Part shown: positions 20,471 through 29,519 of the stretch, piece after piece
Layout of the letters: every line of letters starts with the position of its first letter
How positions within the stretch are numbered: the first letter of the stretch is position 1
IMG/VR virus record: IMGVR_UViG_3300032288_004972
Span: 1 to 60,327 of that record
Source: a virus
Lineage: Duplodnaviria > Caudoviricetes
Strand: one strand, 5' to 3'
Length of the DNA stretch: 60,327 nucleotides
Notes under the pieces: model-generated
Database searches by the model: none
The model's input: the letters and a program-made list of their open reading frames with translations, nothing else
Told to the model about the DNA's origin: nothing
Program-made: the position numbers and the translations under genes

Positions 20471-20822
20471 CGAGGGGCTCTTTGTCGAACCAGTTCTCAG
20501 AAATAAGGCGATCGACGTATTCCTCTTTCTTGTTCGAGTATCGTAAAAGCACGAACGTGTCGTTCCTCATAATGACGTAAACGACCATCATCGCGAGAAT
20601 GGCGCTGTCGCCATAAAACGCAATGGCGTCTTGGCGCGGATCAAAGTCCGACATTTTTGATTCGATTTTGTGCTCAAATCGCGTGCGGAAGTCAGGCGAC
20701 GAATATTCATCGAACATCGGCGCATCGCAAACGAACACGAGCTCTTCGCACATTTTCTCGAGCGGGTCCGAGGGAATGCGGAAGCTGGGGTTTTGAGCGT
20801 AAATTTTCCTGAATCGTTTCAT
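20463..20822 (-). CDS. Hypothetical protein
   Basis: ORF overlapping both neighbours. Confidence 0.6.
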   Translation of the reverse strand: MKRFRKIYAQNPSFRIPSDPLEKMCEELVFVCDAPMFDEYSSPDFRTRFEHKIESKMSDFDPRQDAIAFYGDSAILAMMVVYVIMRNDTFVLLRYSNKKEEYVDRLISENWFDKEPLDV

Positions 20823-21256
20823 TTCATGTTGTCCAGAATTTCATCAACTTCAGCGAGGGTGGTCAGGATATCTTCCATTTTTGATTTCAGCTGCGCGCGC
20901 AGGAGGTCGTTCGATGCCTTCAGGTCTGCGGCTTCGGTCGATTGAAATCCAACGGGAGGACTCATACGAATTACATTCGACTTGCGGCGAATAATGACTT
21001 TTTCGCTTTTCGAATGCGTCCCTTGGTCTTTGATGTCATCATTGCATATTTTTACGAAACGAAACGGGCGATGAGAGCGATTAATTATTTTCACTGCTCC
21101 TTTTTCGCGAAGATACCAAATTGCAGACGAAGCATTTTGTTGCGAAATGCCGCAAATTTGCGCAAAATAATTTGCTTCGAATTCCGCGCCTACAGGCAGC
21201 TTCCGAAACTCGTCTCTAACGATTGTGGATTTAGAGGGGGTCGCGAATCGTTTCAT
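20819..21256 (-). CDS. Hypothetical protein, possible winged-HTH
   Basis: FAQICGISQQNASSAIWYLREKGAV helix-turn-helix-like segment; GGAG RBS. Confidence 0.55.
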   Translation of the reverse strand: MKRFATPSKSTIVRDEFRKLPVGAEFEANYFAQICGISQQNASSAIWYLREKGAVKIINRSHRPFRFVKICNDDIKDQGTHSKSEKVIIRRKSNVIRMSPPVGFQSTEAADLKASNDLLRAQLKSKMEDILTTLAEVDEILDNMK

Positions 21257-21584
21257 TTGTATCTCCATTTTCATTTACGGGAGGATTGTCGCCCGTGTTT
21301 GGAGAAAAAGAAAGCTGATTTTTTAAAAATTGACAGATTTCCGGGGTCAAATCAAAGACAGCACGATTGCCGCGCCCCAATTTCGTCGATCGCTCAAGAC
21401 GCAATCCTGCTTCTGCAAGAAGCTTGTTTCTTATTCTTAGCATTGAGACAACTGCAGAGCGGCGCATGTGTCTCTTGCCTTGATACTTTTCAGGCAATGC
21501 GAACAAAAGCTCGTCGAGCGTGATTGATTCGCCTGCTTGCGCCATGGCAGCAGCAAGGGCGCGCTCTTTTGGTGCAAGTTTCAT
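21231..21584 (-). CDS. Hypothetical protein, possible winged-helix DNA-binding
   Basis: LAPKE...ITLDELL...SMLRIRNKL resembles OmpR-type C-terminal domain. Confidence 0.45.
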   Translation of the reverse strand: MKLAPKERALAAAMAQAGESITLDELLFALPEKYQGKRHMRRSAVVSMLRIRNKLLAEAGLRLERSTKLGRGNRAVFDLTPEICQFLKNQLSFSPNTGDNPPVNENGDTNETIRDPL

Positions 21585-21850
21585 GGTTGCGAATTATCTC
21601 CAGTGATGGCGGTGAGAGTGGAACGGGCGATGTCAGCGCATTCTTTGTAAGCAAGTGACGCACTGTCATTCGGAACGAAGTATTCAGAACTGACAGTGAT
21701 TATTTCTTCCAGCCCCTCCCTCGCCTTAGCCAAACAAGCTTCCAATGCCTCAATGCGGGCGGCGGCTTCCATTTTAATAGAACACTGGCTGTGCCACCAA
21801 TCGGTGCTTTCCCGCAGCCGCTTCACAAGATCATCACTCATGTCCTTCAC
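21581..21850 (-). CDS. Hypothetical protein
   Basis: DDLVKRLR...EAAARIEALE pattern common in phage early genes; GAGGAG RBS. Confidence 0.6.
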   Translation of the reverse strand: MKDMSDDLVKRLRESTDWWHSQCSIKMEAAARIEALEACLAKAREGLEEIITVSSEYFVPNDSASLAYKECADIARSTLTAITGDNSQP

Positions 21851-21908
21851 GCGCTCCTCTATGTTTTCCTTTTATGCCCCAGCCCGCGCTGAAAAGAAAA
21901 TTGTTTTT

Positions 21909-23585
21909 TCAGTTCTCCTCTAATTCAAAAAGTTTGCGCAGATCGTCAAGCATCAAATCCGAAACGGACTTTTTGCTCTTGAGATTGGCCAGAATTTTCC
22001 GGTCCGGAGAGTTGCGCGCCACAAGATCGAAATACGTCACGGAATGCGTCGTCCCGTCGCGCCATGTGCGGCCTTCCGATTGCCAACGCTCAAGGGCGTT
22101 GAACGAGTTGGAATAATAGATGTTTGTCTGGCACAACCCTTGCAAATTGAGCCCTGTGCCGGCAGCGCCCGCACTGGCGAACAGCAGGTCCTTGCCTGAC
22201 TTCCCATTCATGAATTGTTCAATGATCGCAGGACGATCGGCCTGCGGCGTCTGACCATAATATTTCAGCGCCCGGCTTCCGTATTCTTTTGATAGGCCCT
22301 CGATGTCCTGATGAAACCGACACCATATTATGATCTTGCCGGAGCGCTGTTCAATGACGGAGCGCAGCGCCTCTTTGCGCGGGTTCTTGAATTCGCGGAC
22401 GGTGCCGTCCTCTTTCGGCAAAAACCCACAGCTGACTTGCTGCAATCGAACGAGCAAACTCGCAGCGTTTTTCACGAACAGCGTTTCATTGTCCTGAAAC
22501 TCAGCAAAGAAGTTTTTCTTGAGCTCTTCCATGACGGCGATTTGATCTGCGTCGAGGATGAACGGGCGCTCGACATAGTGCTTCGGCGGTAGGTCGTAGG
22601 CTTCAGCCGTCGTGATGCGGAAGACGTAGGGATCGATCTTGCTGAAGAGCTCGTCCTCGTTTTTGTGGCCCGTGATGACTTCGCCATAGTCCGTCTGCTT
22701 GAATTCGCAATAACGATTTTTGAACGTCGTGATGTAACGATGGCCTACGATTCCTTCATGCAAAAACTGAAACTGCGAAAACAAATCGAGCAGGTTTTTC
22801 GAGATCGGGGTCCCTGTCATAATCAGCCTATGCTTGGCCAATTTGGCATAACGCAATGCCGCCTTGGTCCGCGCCGCCGCCGGAGTCTTGATGTCCTGCG
22901 ATTCATCGACAGCCATGAACGTCCGCCCTCCGGCGAGGAACCGGAGAATCTTCTCCTCTGCACGCGGCGTGGCGATGGCTTCCGTGTTGATGAGAAAAAT
23001 CTGCAATCCGTCGAAATTGAGCAATTCATCGAACTCACGGTCCGCCGCCTTGGTCCGTCCGAACACATGCGCCTTGAACTTGACCGCACGGCCCATATGC
23101 GCCGGGATCTGCTCCCGCGCCCATTGCTGATGAACCCCGTTTTTGGCCACCACCAGCAGCCGGTCAATCTGCCCGGCGCACCAGCGCTGCCCGGCCAACG
23201 CGATTGCGGTCCAGCTTTTGCCGGTTCCCACCTCCATGAAAAGTGCCCCATAAGCCTTCGGACCCAGTTTTGCCAGCGCGGCCTTCTGGTGGGCTCTGGG
23301 CGGCGTTTTGAACTCGAAGGCAGGTCGGGAGCTCGGAAGGTCAAAGATCGCCTCTGTGGCCGCTGGAAGCCCGGCGATCGCCCCCTCGGCAGGCGGAGCT
23401 CCCTCCAGCCGCGCATCGGGAAAAACGGAACGCCAGACCTCGAGGTTGTAGGGGGTGTTTTCGAAACTGAAACTCCGGTTCGCGCCCCACCGCTTCATGC
23501 CTTCAAGCCGGTTCAGCGCTTTCAGGATGCGAGGATCGTAGGATCCCGTCGTTTTCACCCGATTTCCGTCGATTTTTGCGTCCAT
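21909..23585 (-). CDS. SNF2-family helicase
   Basis: EVGTGKS, VDESQ, MTGTPI, GTGLNLQ, QSEGRTWR motifs. Confidence 0.9.
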   Translation of the reverse strand: MDAKIDGNRVKTTGSYDPRILKALNRLEGMKRWGANRSFSFENTPYNLEVWRSVFPDARLEGAPPAEGAIAGLPAATEAIFDLPSSRPAFEFKTPPRAHQKAALAKLGPKAYGALFMEVGTGKSWTAIALAGQRWCAGQIDRLLVVAKNGVHQQWAREQIPAHMGRAVKFKAHVFGRTKAADREFDELLNFDGLQIFLINTEAIATPRAEEKILRFLAGGRTFMAVDESQDIKTPAAARTKAALRYAKLAKHRLIMTGTPISKNLLDLFSQFQFLHEGIVGHRYITTFKNRYCEFKQTDYGEVITGHKNEDELFSKIDPYVFRITTAEAYDLPPKHYVERPFILDADQIAVMEELKKNFFAEFQDNETLFVKNAASLLVRLQQVSCGFLPKEDGTVREFKNPRKEALRSVIEQRSGKIIIWCRFHQDIEGLSKEYGSRALKYYGQTPQADRPAIIEQFMNGKSGKDLLFASAGAAGTGLNLQGLCQTNIYYSNSFNALERWQSEGRTWRDGTTHSVTYFDLVARNSPDRKILANLKSKKSVSDLMLDDLRKLFELEEN

Positions 23586-23622
23586 TTTTAGGGTTTCCCT
23601 TTCTTTTCAGTGATCGGGCCAG

Positions 23623-23750
23623 AGTTCCGTTTCGGAAATTTTCCACAGTTCCCACGGTTACTATAAATTTATTTCTTTCTAGAGTTTCTATCCCAACGGG
23701 GGAACAAGGGAAAATTGTGGAAACGGAACTTTTTACCTTCGACTGTTTTC
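23623..23750 (-). other. Nested-palindrome element, copy 1 (origin- or regulatory-like)
   Basis: 11-bp inverted arms 23623-23633/23720-23730; 23685-23714 matches the reverse complement of 40552-40581 at 29/30. Confidence 0.7.
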
Positions 23751-23814
23751 AAACGGAAAACCCCGAAACGACCTCTACCTTGGCCGTTCCGGGGCGACAT
23801 TCTAGCCGTTCAAG

Positions 23815-24774
23815 CTAGACCATTTCAAGGAGCGCATCCCGGACCTTGAGCTTCAGTTTGGAGCGCTCTCCCAACCATGCGTTGAAAAGCCGCGCTTCAG
23901 GCTGCGAACCGGCGACATGGTCTGCCCAATGGGTGACGCCATTCAGCACACCCCAAGCTGTGCCGGGGACAGCGCCGGGCGCTTTTTCCATGGACTGGAG
24001 AACCATGGCCAGCTTCTTGTCTTGGGTGTTGGGTGCGTCGAGCAGGCCGTTGACAAACGCTTCCTCCTTGACGCCCTCCGGCATCGGCTGGAAAAACTGC
24101 GCAAGGAACCGCACCGTGTCGTAGGGGCTCATCTTCAGCTGGTCGAGCGCCTTTGCGTCGAGGTGCGCTTGGTGCATTTGCTCACGGGCGAGGCCGATGG
24201 TCTCCTTGGCTGCGGCGACATCGAACTTGCGCATGTGCGATTGTCCGTACTGCGGCTCCGATTCGTTGGTGGCCATGCGCATTGTGTTTGCGCAGACGAC
24301 GCGAACAGAGGTGGTGTGAACCGTGATGCGCTTGCCAACCTCATGGGGCGAGGTCAAAAGGATGTAGCCCTTGGTCGTGTCGCCATGGCGCAAAGTGAAC
24401 CCGGCGTTGATGGACGCCAGCGCCCACACGATGCGCCCGCCCCGCAGCGACCCTGCCGTCTCAAGGCTCGCACCGCCGGACTCGGTGTAGTCCCGGAAGA
24501 ACTCCAGCGCCTCGCGGTTCTGAAACGGCTTCCAGAAATCGCCCGTCACTGAGAAAATCTTGTTGTCGGTGTCGCGCATGAGGGCGCGCTTGATCGGCAT
24601 TTTGATCATCGAGCCGTCTTTGGCCTGAGCGTAGATCGGCCGCAGCGAGACCTCCCAATCCAGCCCGGCGGCGACGAGCATTTCATCGACCGTCGAATTG
24701 GCATGAATCGGCTGGCCAAGTCCGTGCCACGGAACCTGCCCGGCATAAGCCATCGTTTCAACTTCATGCGCCAT
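23815..24774 (-). CDS. DUF932-family phage protein
   Basis: MAHEVETMAYAGQVPWHGLG, AGLDWEV, ETAGSLRGGR, RVVCANT, GTAWGVLNGVT. Confidence 0.88.
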   Translation of the reverse strand: MAHEVETMAYAGQVPWHGLGQPIHANSTVDEMLVAAGLDWEVSLRPIYAQAKDGSMIKMPIKRALMRDTDNKIFSVTGDFWKPFQNREALEFFRDYTESGGASLETAGSLRGGRIVWALASINAGFTLRHGDTTKGYILLTSPHEVGKRITVHTTSVRVVCANTMRMATNESEPQYGQSHMRKFDVAAAKETIGLAREQMHQAHLDAKALDQLKMSPYDTVRFLAQFFQPMPEGVKEEAFVNGLLDAPNTQDKKLAMVLQSMEKAPGAVPGTAWGVLNGVTHWADHVAGSQPEARLFNAWLGERSKLKLKVRDALLEMV

Positions 24775-24810
24775 GATTGCATCTCCATGAATGAAGCGGA
24801 TTTGCTTCCG

Positions 24811-24838
24811 TTTGGGGAGAGCGTCGGCCCTCCCCAAA
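24811..24838 (-). terminator. Intergenic hairpin (possible terminator or processing site)
   Basis: tttggggag / ctccccaaa inverted repeat; no clear U-tract. Confidence 0.45.
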
Positions 24839-24850
24839 GAGCAACAAACC

Positions 24851-25414
24851 TCAGCTGACAACAACCCAATCGTGGTCGAGGTCCCATGCGAGGTCCTGAC
24901 GACGGCCCCCGGCGGCGAGGTAATCTTCGTAGGTTATGCCGGGATTCGCAAGCACGATCTTGAATGACTCGAAACCTTGCGTGCCTTCGCGACGGGGATT
25001 CTCCGGCACCTTGGACTTGATGGTCTTGCCGGAGAACTCAGACACGCGCCCGCGCTTGGTGCCTTCCGGCGCGGCCTGCTTGGCGGCGGCCTTTGCCTTC
25101 TTCGGGGCCTTGGCCTGCGGCGCGGGAGCCGCGACCTCGTCGGCGTAAAGCGCCACGTCAACCGCTTTGCCATGCGCTTCAGCGAGGGCGATGAGGCGCT
25201 TCGCTGCCGTGGCCCGATCGGCGAACTTCTTGATCGGCGCGGCGGGAGTGAAATGGTTGTAGAGGTGGACCATTTCGGCGTTGGTGAACCGGGAGGTGGC
25301 GAGCTCCTCAGCGTCGGACGCGAAGATCATGCCGTTGCCGGAGGAGGTTGCGTCCTTGCGGGTCGGGTAGATCTTGATGGTGTTCTTGACGAGGTCGTAA
25401 GCGTAGGTTTTCAT
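24851..25414 (-). CDS. Two-domain protein with Ala/Lys linker, probable DNA-binding C-terminus
   Basis: GGAG RBS; KAPKKAKAAAK linker; NPRREG...GITYEDYLAAGG...DLAWD domain. Confidence 0.6.
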   Translation of the reverse strand: MKTYAYDLVKNTIKIYPTRKDATSSGNGMIFASDAEELATSRFTNAEMVHLYNHFTPAAPIKKFADRATAAKRLIALAEAHGKAVDVALYADEVAAPAPQAKAPKKAKAAAKQAAPEGTKRGRVSEFSGKTIKSKVPENPRREGTQGFESFKIVLANPGITYEDYLAAGGRRQDLAWDLDHDWVVVS

Positions 25415-25467
25415 CTGAGTTTCTCCTTGTATGAGGGGGTGCCGCCGTTGACCGGCGGGTTTTCTGA

Positions 25468-25761
25468 TTAGAGCTTCGGCTTGATCGCCAGAGTGGCGAT
25501 GTTCTTGGTCACCTTGGCGAAAGCGATTTCGCACTGCTTGCGCACGTCCTCGGCGAGGTGAGCGGCAGCTGCCGCCTTCCAGTCAACGGTCGTGCGGTCG
25601 GAAAGCTTGACGAGCACGATGCAGCGGTCGCCCTCGACGATCTCCTGCCCGGTCGCGAGGATTTCCTCACGGAGGCGCTTCATCTCGATTTCGAGCTCTT
25701 CGACGCGGGCCTTGAGCGAAGCGTAGCGGTCAGCGAGCGAGGTGTTCAGCAGGTCAGTCAT
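25468..25761 (-). CDS. Hypothetical early protein
   Basis: GGAG RBS; preceded by the repeated promoter-like motif. Confidence 0.65.
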   Translation of the reverse strand: MTDLLNTSLADRYASLKARVEELEIEMKRLREEILATGQEIVEGDRCIVLVKLSDRTTVDWKAAAAAHLAEDVRKQCEIAFAKVTKNIATLAIKPKL

Positions 25762-25785
25762 TTCCATCTCCATTTACATCAACCG

Positions 25786-25826
25786 TGTTTTCTTTCTGCC
25801 TGAGATTTTCAGAAAAGAAAACAAAA
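25786..25826 (-). promoter_or_regulatory. Putative early promoter TTTTCT-N17-CAGAAA with a 10-bp inverted repeat
   Basis: Similar to 27257-27290; tgttttcttt (25786-95) / aaagaaaaca (25814-23). Confidence 0.55.
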
Positions 25827-25854
25827 AAGATGCACCTTGATGAATTATTTTTCA

Positions 25855-26277
25855 TCAGTCCTTGTGGGAGGGCACCGGGCGCTTGGGCTTGGCCATGATT
25901 TCCGCCAGCCGCTGTTCCAGCCGGGCGCGGTTCAGCGCTTGGTCGGCCTTGGTCGGTTTCCAGCTTTTGAACAGGTGGGGCGGCAGGCCTTCCGTCAAAC
26001 CCTTCAAATCCGGGAAATTGACCATCTTCTTGCGGGCGATCATTTCCACGACGAGGTCGGCGTAGCGCTCCGTGAGGTAGCGCAGCCGGGGGTAAAAGAA
26101 CTTGATGTGGCCGGTGCCGAGCGTGTAGGCCGCCGGGATGCCCGGAACCTTTGCCGGGTCCTCGCCGCGCTCCAGCGCCTTGCGGACATAAGCGAAGACG
26201 CGAGGGAGCTCGTGGTATTCAGCGATGAGGTGCTTGGTGTGGAGCTCCTCAACAGGGACGCAATTGATCCGGGTCAC
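25855..26277 (-). CDS. denV: Pyrimidine-dimer DNA glycosylase (T4 endonuclease V)
   Basis: MTRIN...HLIAEYHELPRVF and YTLGTGHIKFFY motifs. Confidence 0.92.
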   Translation of the reverse strand: MTRINCVPVEELHTKHLIAEYHELPRVFAYVRKALERGEDPAKVPGIPAAYTLGTGHIKFFYPRLRYLTERYADLVVEMIARKKMVNFPDLKGLTEGLPPHLFKSWKPTKADQALNRARLEQRLAEIMAKPKRPVPSHKD

Positions 26278-26513
26278 TTGCCTTCCTCCATCATGATTTC
26301 GGTGATGTATTCAACAGCATCTTTGGACGTGATCAAGTGCTCGATGCTGTGGCCCAGCACGTTGACGCCGAGCGCCTTGAGCGAGACTTCAGCTTTGGCC
26401 GTTTCCTCGAGCGAAGGGAAAAACAGCGTGCGGCTCGTCCAGATGTCCAGCGGCGCGAGGGCGCTGTCTTGCCCGGACTTGAATTTGATGTTCAGTTTGT
26501 AGATTGGAGTCAT
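26274..26513 (-). CDS. Hypothetical protein
   Basis: GGAG RBS, coupled to denV. Confidence 0.6.
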   Translation of the reverse strand: MTPIYKLNIKFKSGQDSALAPLDIWTSRTLFFPSLEETAKAEVSLKALGVNVLGHSIEHLITSKDAVEYITEIMMEEGK

Positions 26514-26558
26514 TTGAGTTGGTCTCCGTTGAGAGGAAGGGAGAGGGGCCGGAGCCCC

Positions 26559-27227
26559 TCAGTTCTTGGGTGAAAGTTCCTTGGGGCGAGAGATCAAGGT
26601 TTGCTTGACGCCCTCGCGGACAGCGTGGTCTTTGATGGTCGCTTTCACGCGGACGACTTCGCCCTTCTCGCCGAGCACGTTCGAGCCCTTATAAATAATC
26701 GTGTTGCCATCCGGGTCGGTGCAGCCGTTCACGTGGGTCGTTCCGAATTGCGTATCGAAGCTTACGACGAATTTGATCGTCAGTTCGAAATCCCGGCGCT
26801 CGCCAACGGTCCCGACGTGAACTGAGCGCGCGGCCTCTGCGGCGAACTTTTCCTTGCGCTCTTCAATCCGCTTGGCAGCGCGCTCGATCATATCGAGAAC
26901 GGCTTTTTCTTGGCCGGGCGTCAGCGAGCCCCATTCGTTCAGGGACTCCCGCATTTTGGCATGAAACACGCCGTACGACGCCTTGACGAGCGGATGATGG
27001 ACGAACTTGTCTTCGTCCACCCAACGACCCGCGAACTCGCCCACCTCGAGCAAAAAGTCCTTGCACTTTTGCGCATTTGGGGAAGAGGCGAGCCAGCGTT
27101 TTTCCCTTCCACGCAGAGCATTCGCAGCGATGCGTGCCTGAGCGGCGGCAATGTAAGCCTGATCGTTTTCAACATGATCCGGCACGTTGATCCGGGGAAG
27201 GCGAGGAGTGCGGGCTGCAAGGGTCAT
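26559..27227 (-). CDS. Hypothetical protein with C-terminal OB-fold-like domain
   Basis: HVGTVGERRDFELTI...GVKQTLISRP beta-rich C-terminus; first gene of the leftward block. Confidence 0.6.
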   Translation of the reverse strand: MTLAARTPRLPRINVPDHVENDQAYIAAAQARIAANALRGREKRWLASSPNAQKCKDFLLEVGEFAGRWVDEDKFVHHPLVKASYGVFHAKMRESLNEWGSLTPGQEKAVLDMIERAAKRIEERKEKFAAEAARSVHVGTVGERRDFELTIKFVVSFDTQFGTTHVNGCTDPDGNTIIYKGSNVLGEKGEVVRVKATIKDHAVREGVKQTLISRPKELSPKN

Positions 27228-27256
27228 TTTCATCTCCATTTACATTCAACAAACGC

Positions 27257-27290
27257 ATTATGCCTGATCTTTTCCAAAAAGAAAACAAAA
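27257..27290 (-). promoter_or_regulatory. Putative leftward early promoter TTTTCT-N17-CATAAT
   Basis: Minus strand tgttttctttttggaaaagatcaggcataat in the divergent intergenic region. Confidence 0.6.
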
Positions 27291-27468
27291 AACGTCGACC
27301 TGCCGAGGTCTAGTTTCCTTTTCAGAACAAGCACTTATCACACCAAACGTCCGCCCCCTGAAAAAAGTTCCCAAAAATCCAAAAAACAAGGTGCTTTTTA
27401 TAAAAAACCGGCGCAGTCTCAGCCCGTGGCAAAACAAAGCGATTTGCTTAAGCCCACAGGAGTCAAAA

Positions 27469-28275
27469 ATGGCAAAATCTGATACGCAGACCCTCGCTCC
27501 GGTCACTTCAAAGAGCGCCCTCCCAACCACCGCGAATGACGACATGTTCTTCTCTCAAGCCGGAGACGGCCTTGAGAACGTCAAGTCGAACGACCTCATC
27601 ATCCCCCGGCTCACCATTTTGCAGGCGTTGAGCCCGCAAGTGCAAGCCAAGAAGCCTGAATACATCCAAGGTGCGCAGGTCGGCGACATTTGCGACGTTG
27701 GCACCGGCGAGATTTTCGAGCCGCCGCTCGTGTTTCTCCCCGTTCACTACGTGAAGCAATATCTCGAGTGGGCACCGCGTTCTTCGGGCAAGGGACTGGT
27801 CAAGATCCATGACAGCGCTGACATCCTTGAGCAGTGCACGATGGACGAAAAGAACCGGGCGCATTTGCCTTCGGGGAACTACATCGCCGAGACCGCGCAG
27901 TTTTTCGGGCTGAACATTTCAGCCGGTGGACGGCGCTCGTTTCTCCCGATGTCAAGCACGCAGCTGAAAAAGGCCCGGCGCTGGTTGACGCTGGCGACGA
28001 GCGAAAAGGTTGCGCGCCCGGACGGTTCGACGTTCACGCCGCCGTTGTTCTACCGGACCTACAACATTTCCGTTGTTGACGAGAGCAACGCGGAAGGCTC
28101 GTGGGCGGGTTGGAAGATCGAGCGCGGCGCGAAGCTGCAGGAGCTCGGCGACGGCTGGCAAAACTTGTACAAAGAGGCGATGGACTTCCGTGACTCGATC
28201 AAGCGTGGCGAGCTCCGTGGTGACCTTGATCGCGAAGAAGGCAGCGCCGCAATGCATGACGACGCAGCGATGTGA
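27469..28275 (+). CDS. ssDNA-binding/recombination-type protein
   Basis: DLIIPRLTILQALSPQV motif, acidic C-terminal tail, first gene of the replication block; AGGAG RBS. Confidence 0.6.
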   Translation: MAKSDTQTLAPVTSKSALPTTANDDMFFSQAGDGLENVKSNDLIIPRLTILQALSPQVQAKKPEYIQGAQVGDICDVGTGEIFEPPLVFLPVHYVKQYLEWAPRSSGKGLVKIHDSADILEQCTMDEKNRAHLPSGNYIAETAQFFGLNISAGGRRSFLPMSSTQLKKARRWLTLATSEKVARPDGSTFTPPLFYRTYNISVVDESNAEGSWAGWKIERGAKLQELGDGWQNLYKEAMDFRDSIKRGELRGDLDREEGSAAMHDDAAM

Positions 28276-28284
28276 CGTCAACTG

Positions 28285-28312
28285 AGAGGAGGCGCAATGC
28301 CTCCTCTTTTTT
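28285..28312 (+). terminator. Rho-independent terminator
   Basis: agaggaggc-gcaat-gcctcctct followed by a T-run. Confidence 0.75.
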
Positions 28313-28329
28313 CGCCCTTTTTCGAGGAA

Positions 28330-28899
28330 ATGAAGATGACTGAGGATTTTGGTTTCGATATCGAGCAAGAGCAGACCGGCGACACCATGCAGCGCATGCG
28401 CGCCATGGCTTCGGAAGTGATTGCACAAGAGCGTCTCGTCGAAGAGCTTGAGGAAAACCTCGCTGAAATCAAGAAGCAGCTGAACAAGCTCAAGATGATT
28501 GAGCTCCCGGACCTCATGGCCGAATGCGGCATGAGCGAGTTGAAAACGGATGACGGCGTGACGATCAAGATCGAGGATTTTGTTTCCGGATCGCTGCCGA
28601 AAGACTTTGATAAGCGTGAAGCCGCTATTTCATGGCTCGAGGATCATGACGCTGCGGGCCTCATCAAGACGGAATTGACGCTCGCCTTCGAAAAGTCTCA
28701 GCACAATGAAGCCATGAGCCTCGCTGCGGAATTGCACGAGCGGGGTTATGATTCAGCCGCAAAGATGGGTGTTCATCCGCAAACGCTCATCGCTCATGTG
28801 AAAGAGCGCCTGCGCAAGGGCGAAGAAGTGCCGCTGGAGGTGCTGGGCCTTTACGCCGGGCGGACCGCAAAGATCAAATTCCCAAAGGTGAAAACATGA
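28330..28899 (+). CDS. Conserved phage replication-region protein
   Basis: Coiled coil, LPDLMAE, VHPQTL motifs. Confidence 0.6.
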   Translation: MKMTEDFGFDIEQEQTGDTMQRMRAMASEVIAQERLVEELEENLAEIKKQLNKLKMIELPDLMAECGMSELKTDDGVTIKIEDFVSGSLPKDFDKREAAISWLEDHDAAGLIKTELTLAFEKSQHNEAMSLAAELHERGYDSAAKMGVHPQTLIAHVKERLRKGEEVPLEVLGLYAGRTAKIKFPKVKT

Positions 28900-29519
28900 G
28901 CTTCCTTGCCAAGCGGTTCACCATCGCCTTTCAGCTTTCTTCGGTGCAACGGTTTTCTCGTGACTTCATGCAGAAGCCCGAGAACGTGCTTGAGCACATC
29001 GGCTTTTGCACATTTTACGCAACGCTGCTGGCCAAGAAGGCAGAGGCCGCTGGCATCAAGGTTGACTACGCTGCGCTCATGACCGCTGTCATGGCGCACG
29101 ACATCGACGAATCCGTGCTTGGGGACATGCCCCGCAGCACAAAATACCTGACGCCGCAGATCCGGAGCTCTGTTGCGAGAGCGGAAGAGATCGTCGTCGG
29201 CAAAATTTCTGACTGGCTCGGAACGAACCTTTCCCCCGCTTGGTTCAATGCAAAGGTCGGCCTCGAAGGGGAGATCCTGAAGCTCTCTGACATTGCCGCC
29301 GTCGTGTACAAAAACTGGGTTGAGGTTGAGATGCTGAACAACCGGAGCTTTCTCCGGGTTTGCCTCGAAACGCTTGGCTACATTGAATCAATCGAACGTG
29401 AGGATTACTCTTTTGTTTTTGCAGACGAGATCGAAGAACTCAAGACGATGGTTCGAATGATCCTGAACAAGCATGCTCCAACAGACGCTGATGAACTGTT
29501 TCTTCATGTAAGGAAATGA
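28896..29519 (+). CDS. HD-domain phosphohydrolase (YfbR/DatZ-like deoxynucleotidase)
   Basis: QRF...ENVLEH, AHDIDESVLGDMP, LKLSD. Confidence 0.85.
   Translation: MSFLAKRFTIAFQLSSVQRFSRDFMQKPENVLEHIGFCTFYATLLAKKAEAAGIKVDYAALMTAVMAHDIDESVLGDMPRSTKYLTPQIRSSVARAEEIVVGKISDWLGTNLSPAWFNAKVGLEGEILKLSDIAAVVYKNWVEVEMLNNRSFLRVCLETLGYIESIEREDYSFVFADEIEELKTMVRMILNKHAPTDADELFLHVRK

Noticed and set aside
28896-29519. 2-aminoadenine (Z) genome pathway via a DatZ-like HD enzyme
   Set aside because: No PurZ/adenylosuccinate synthetase homologue recognisable
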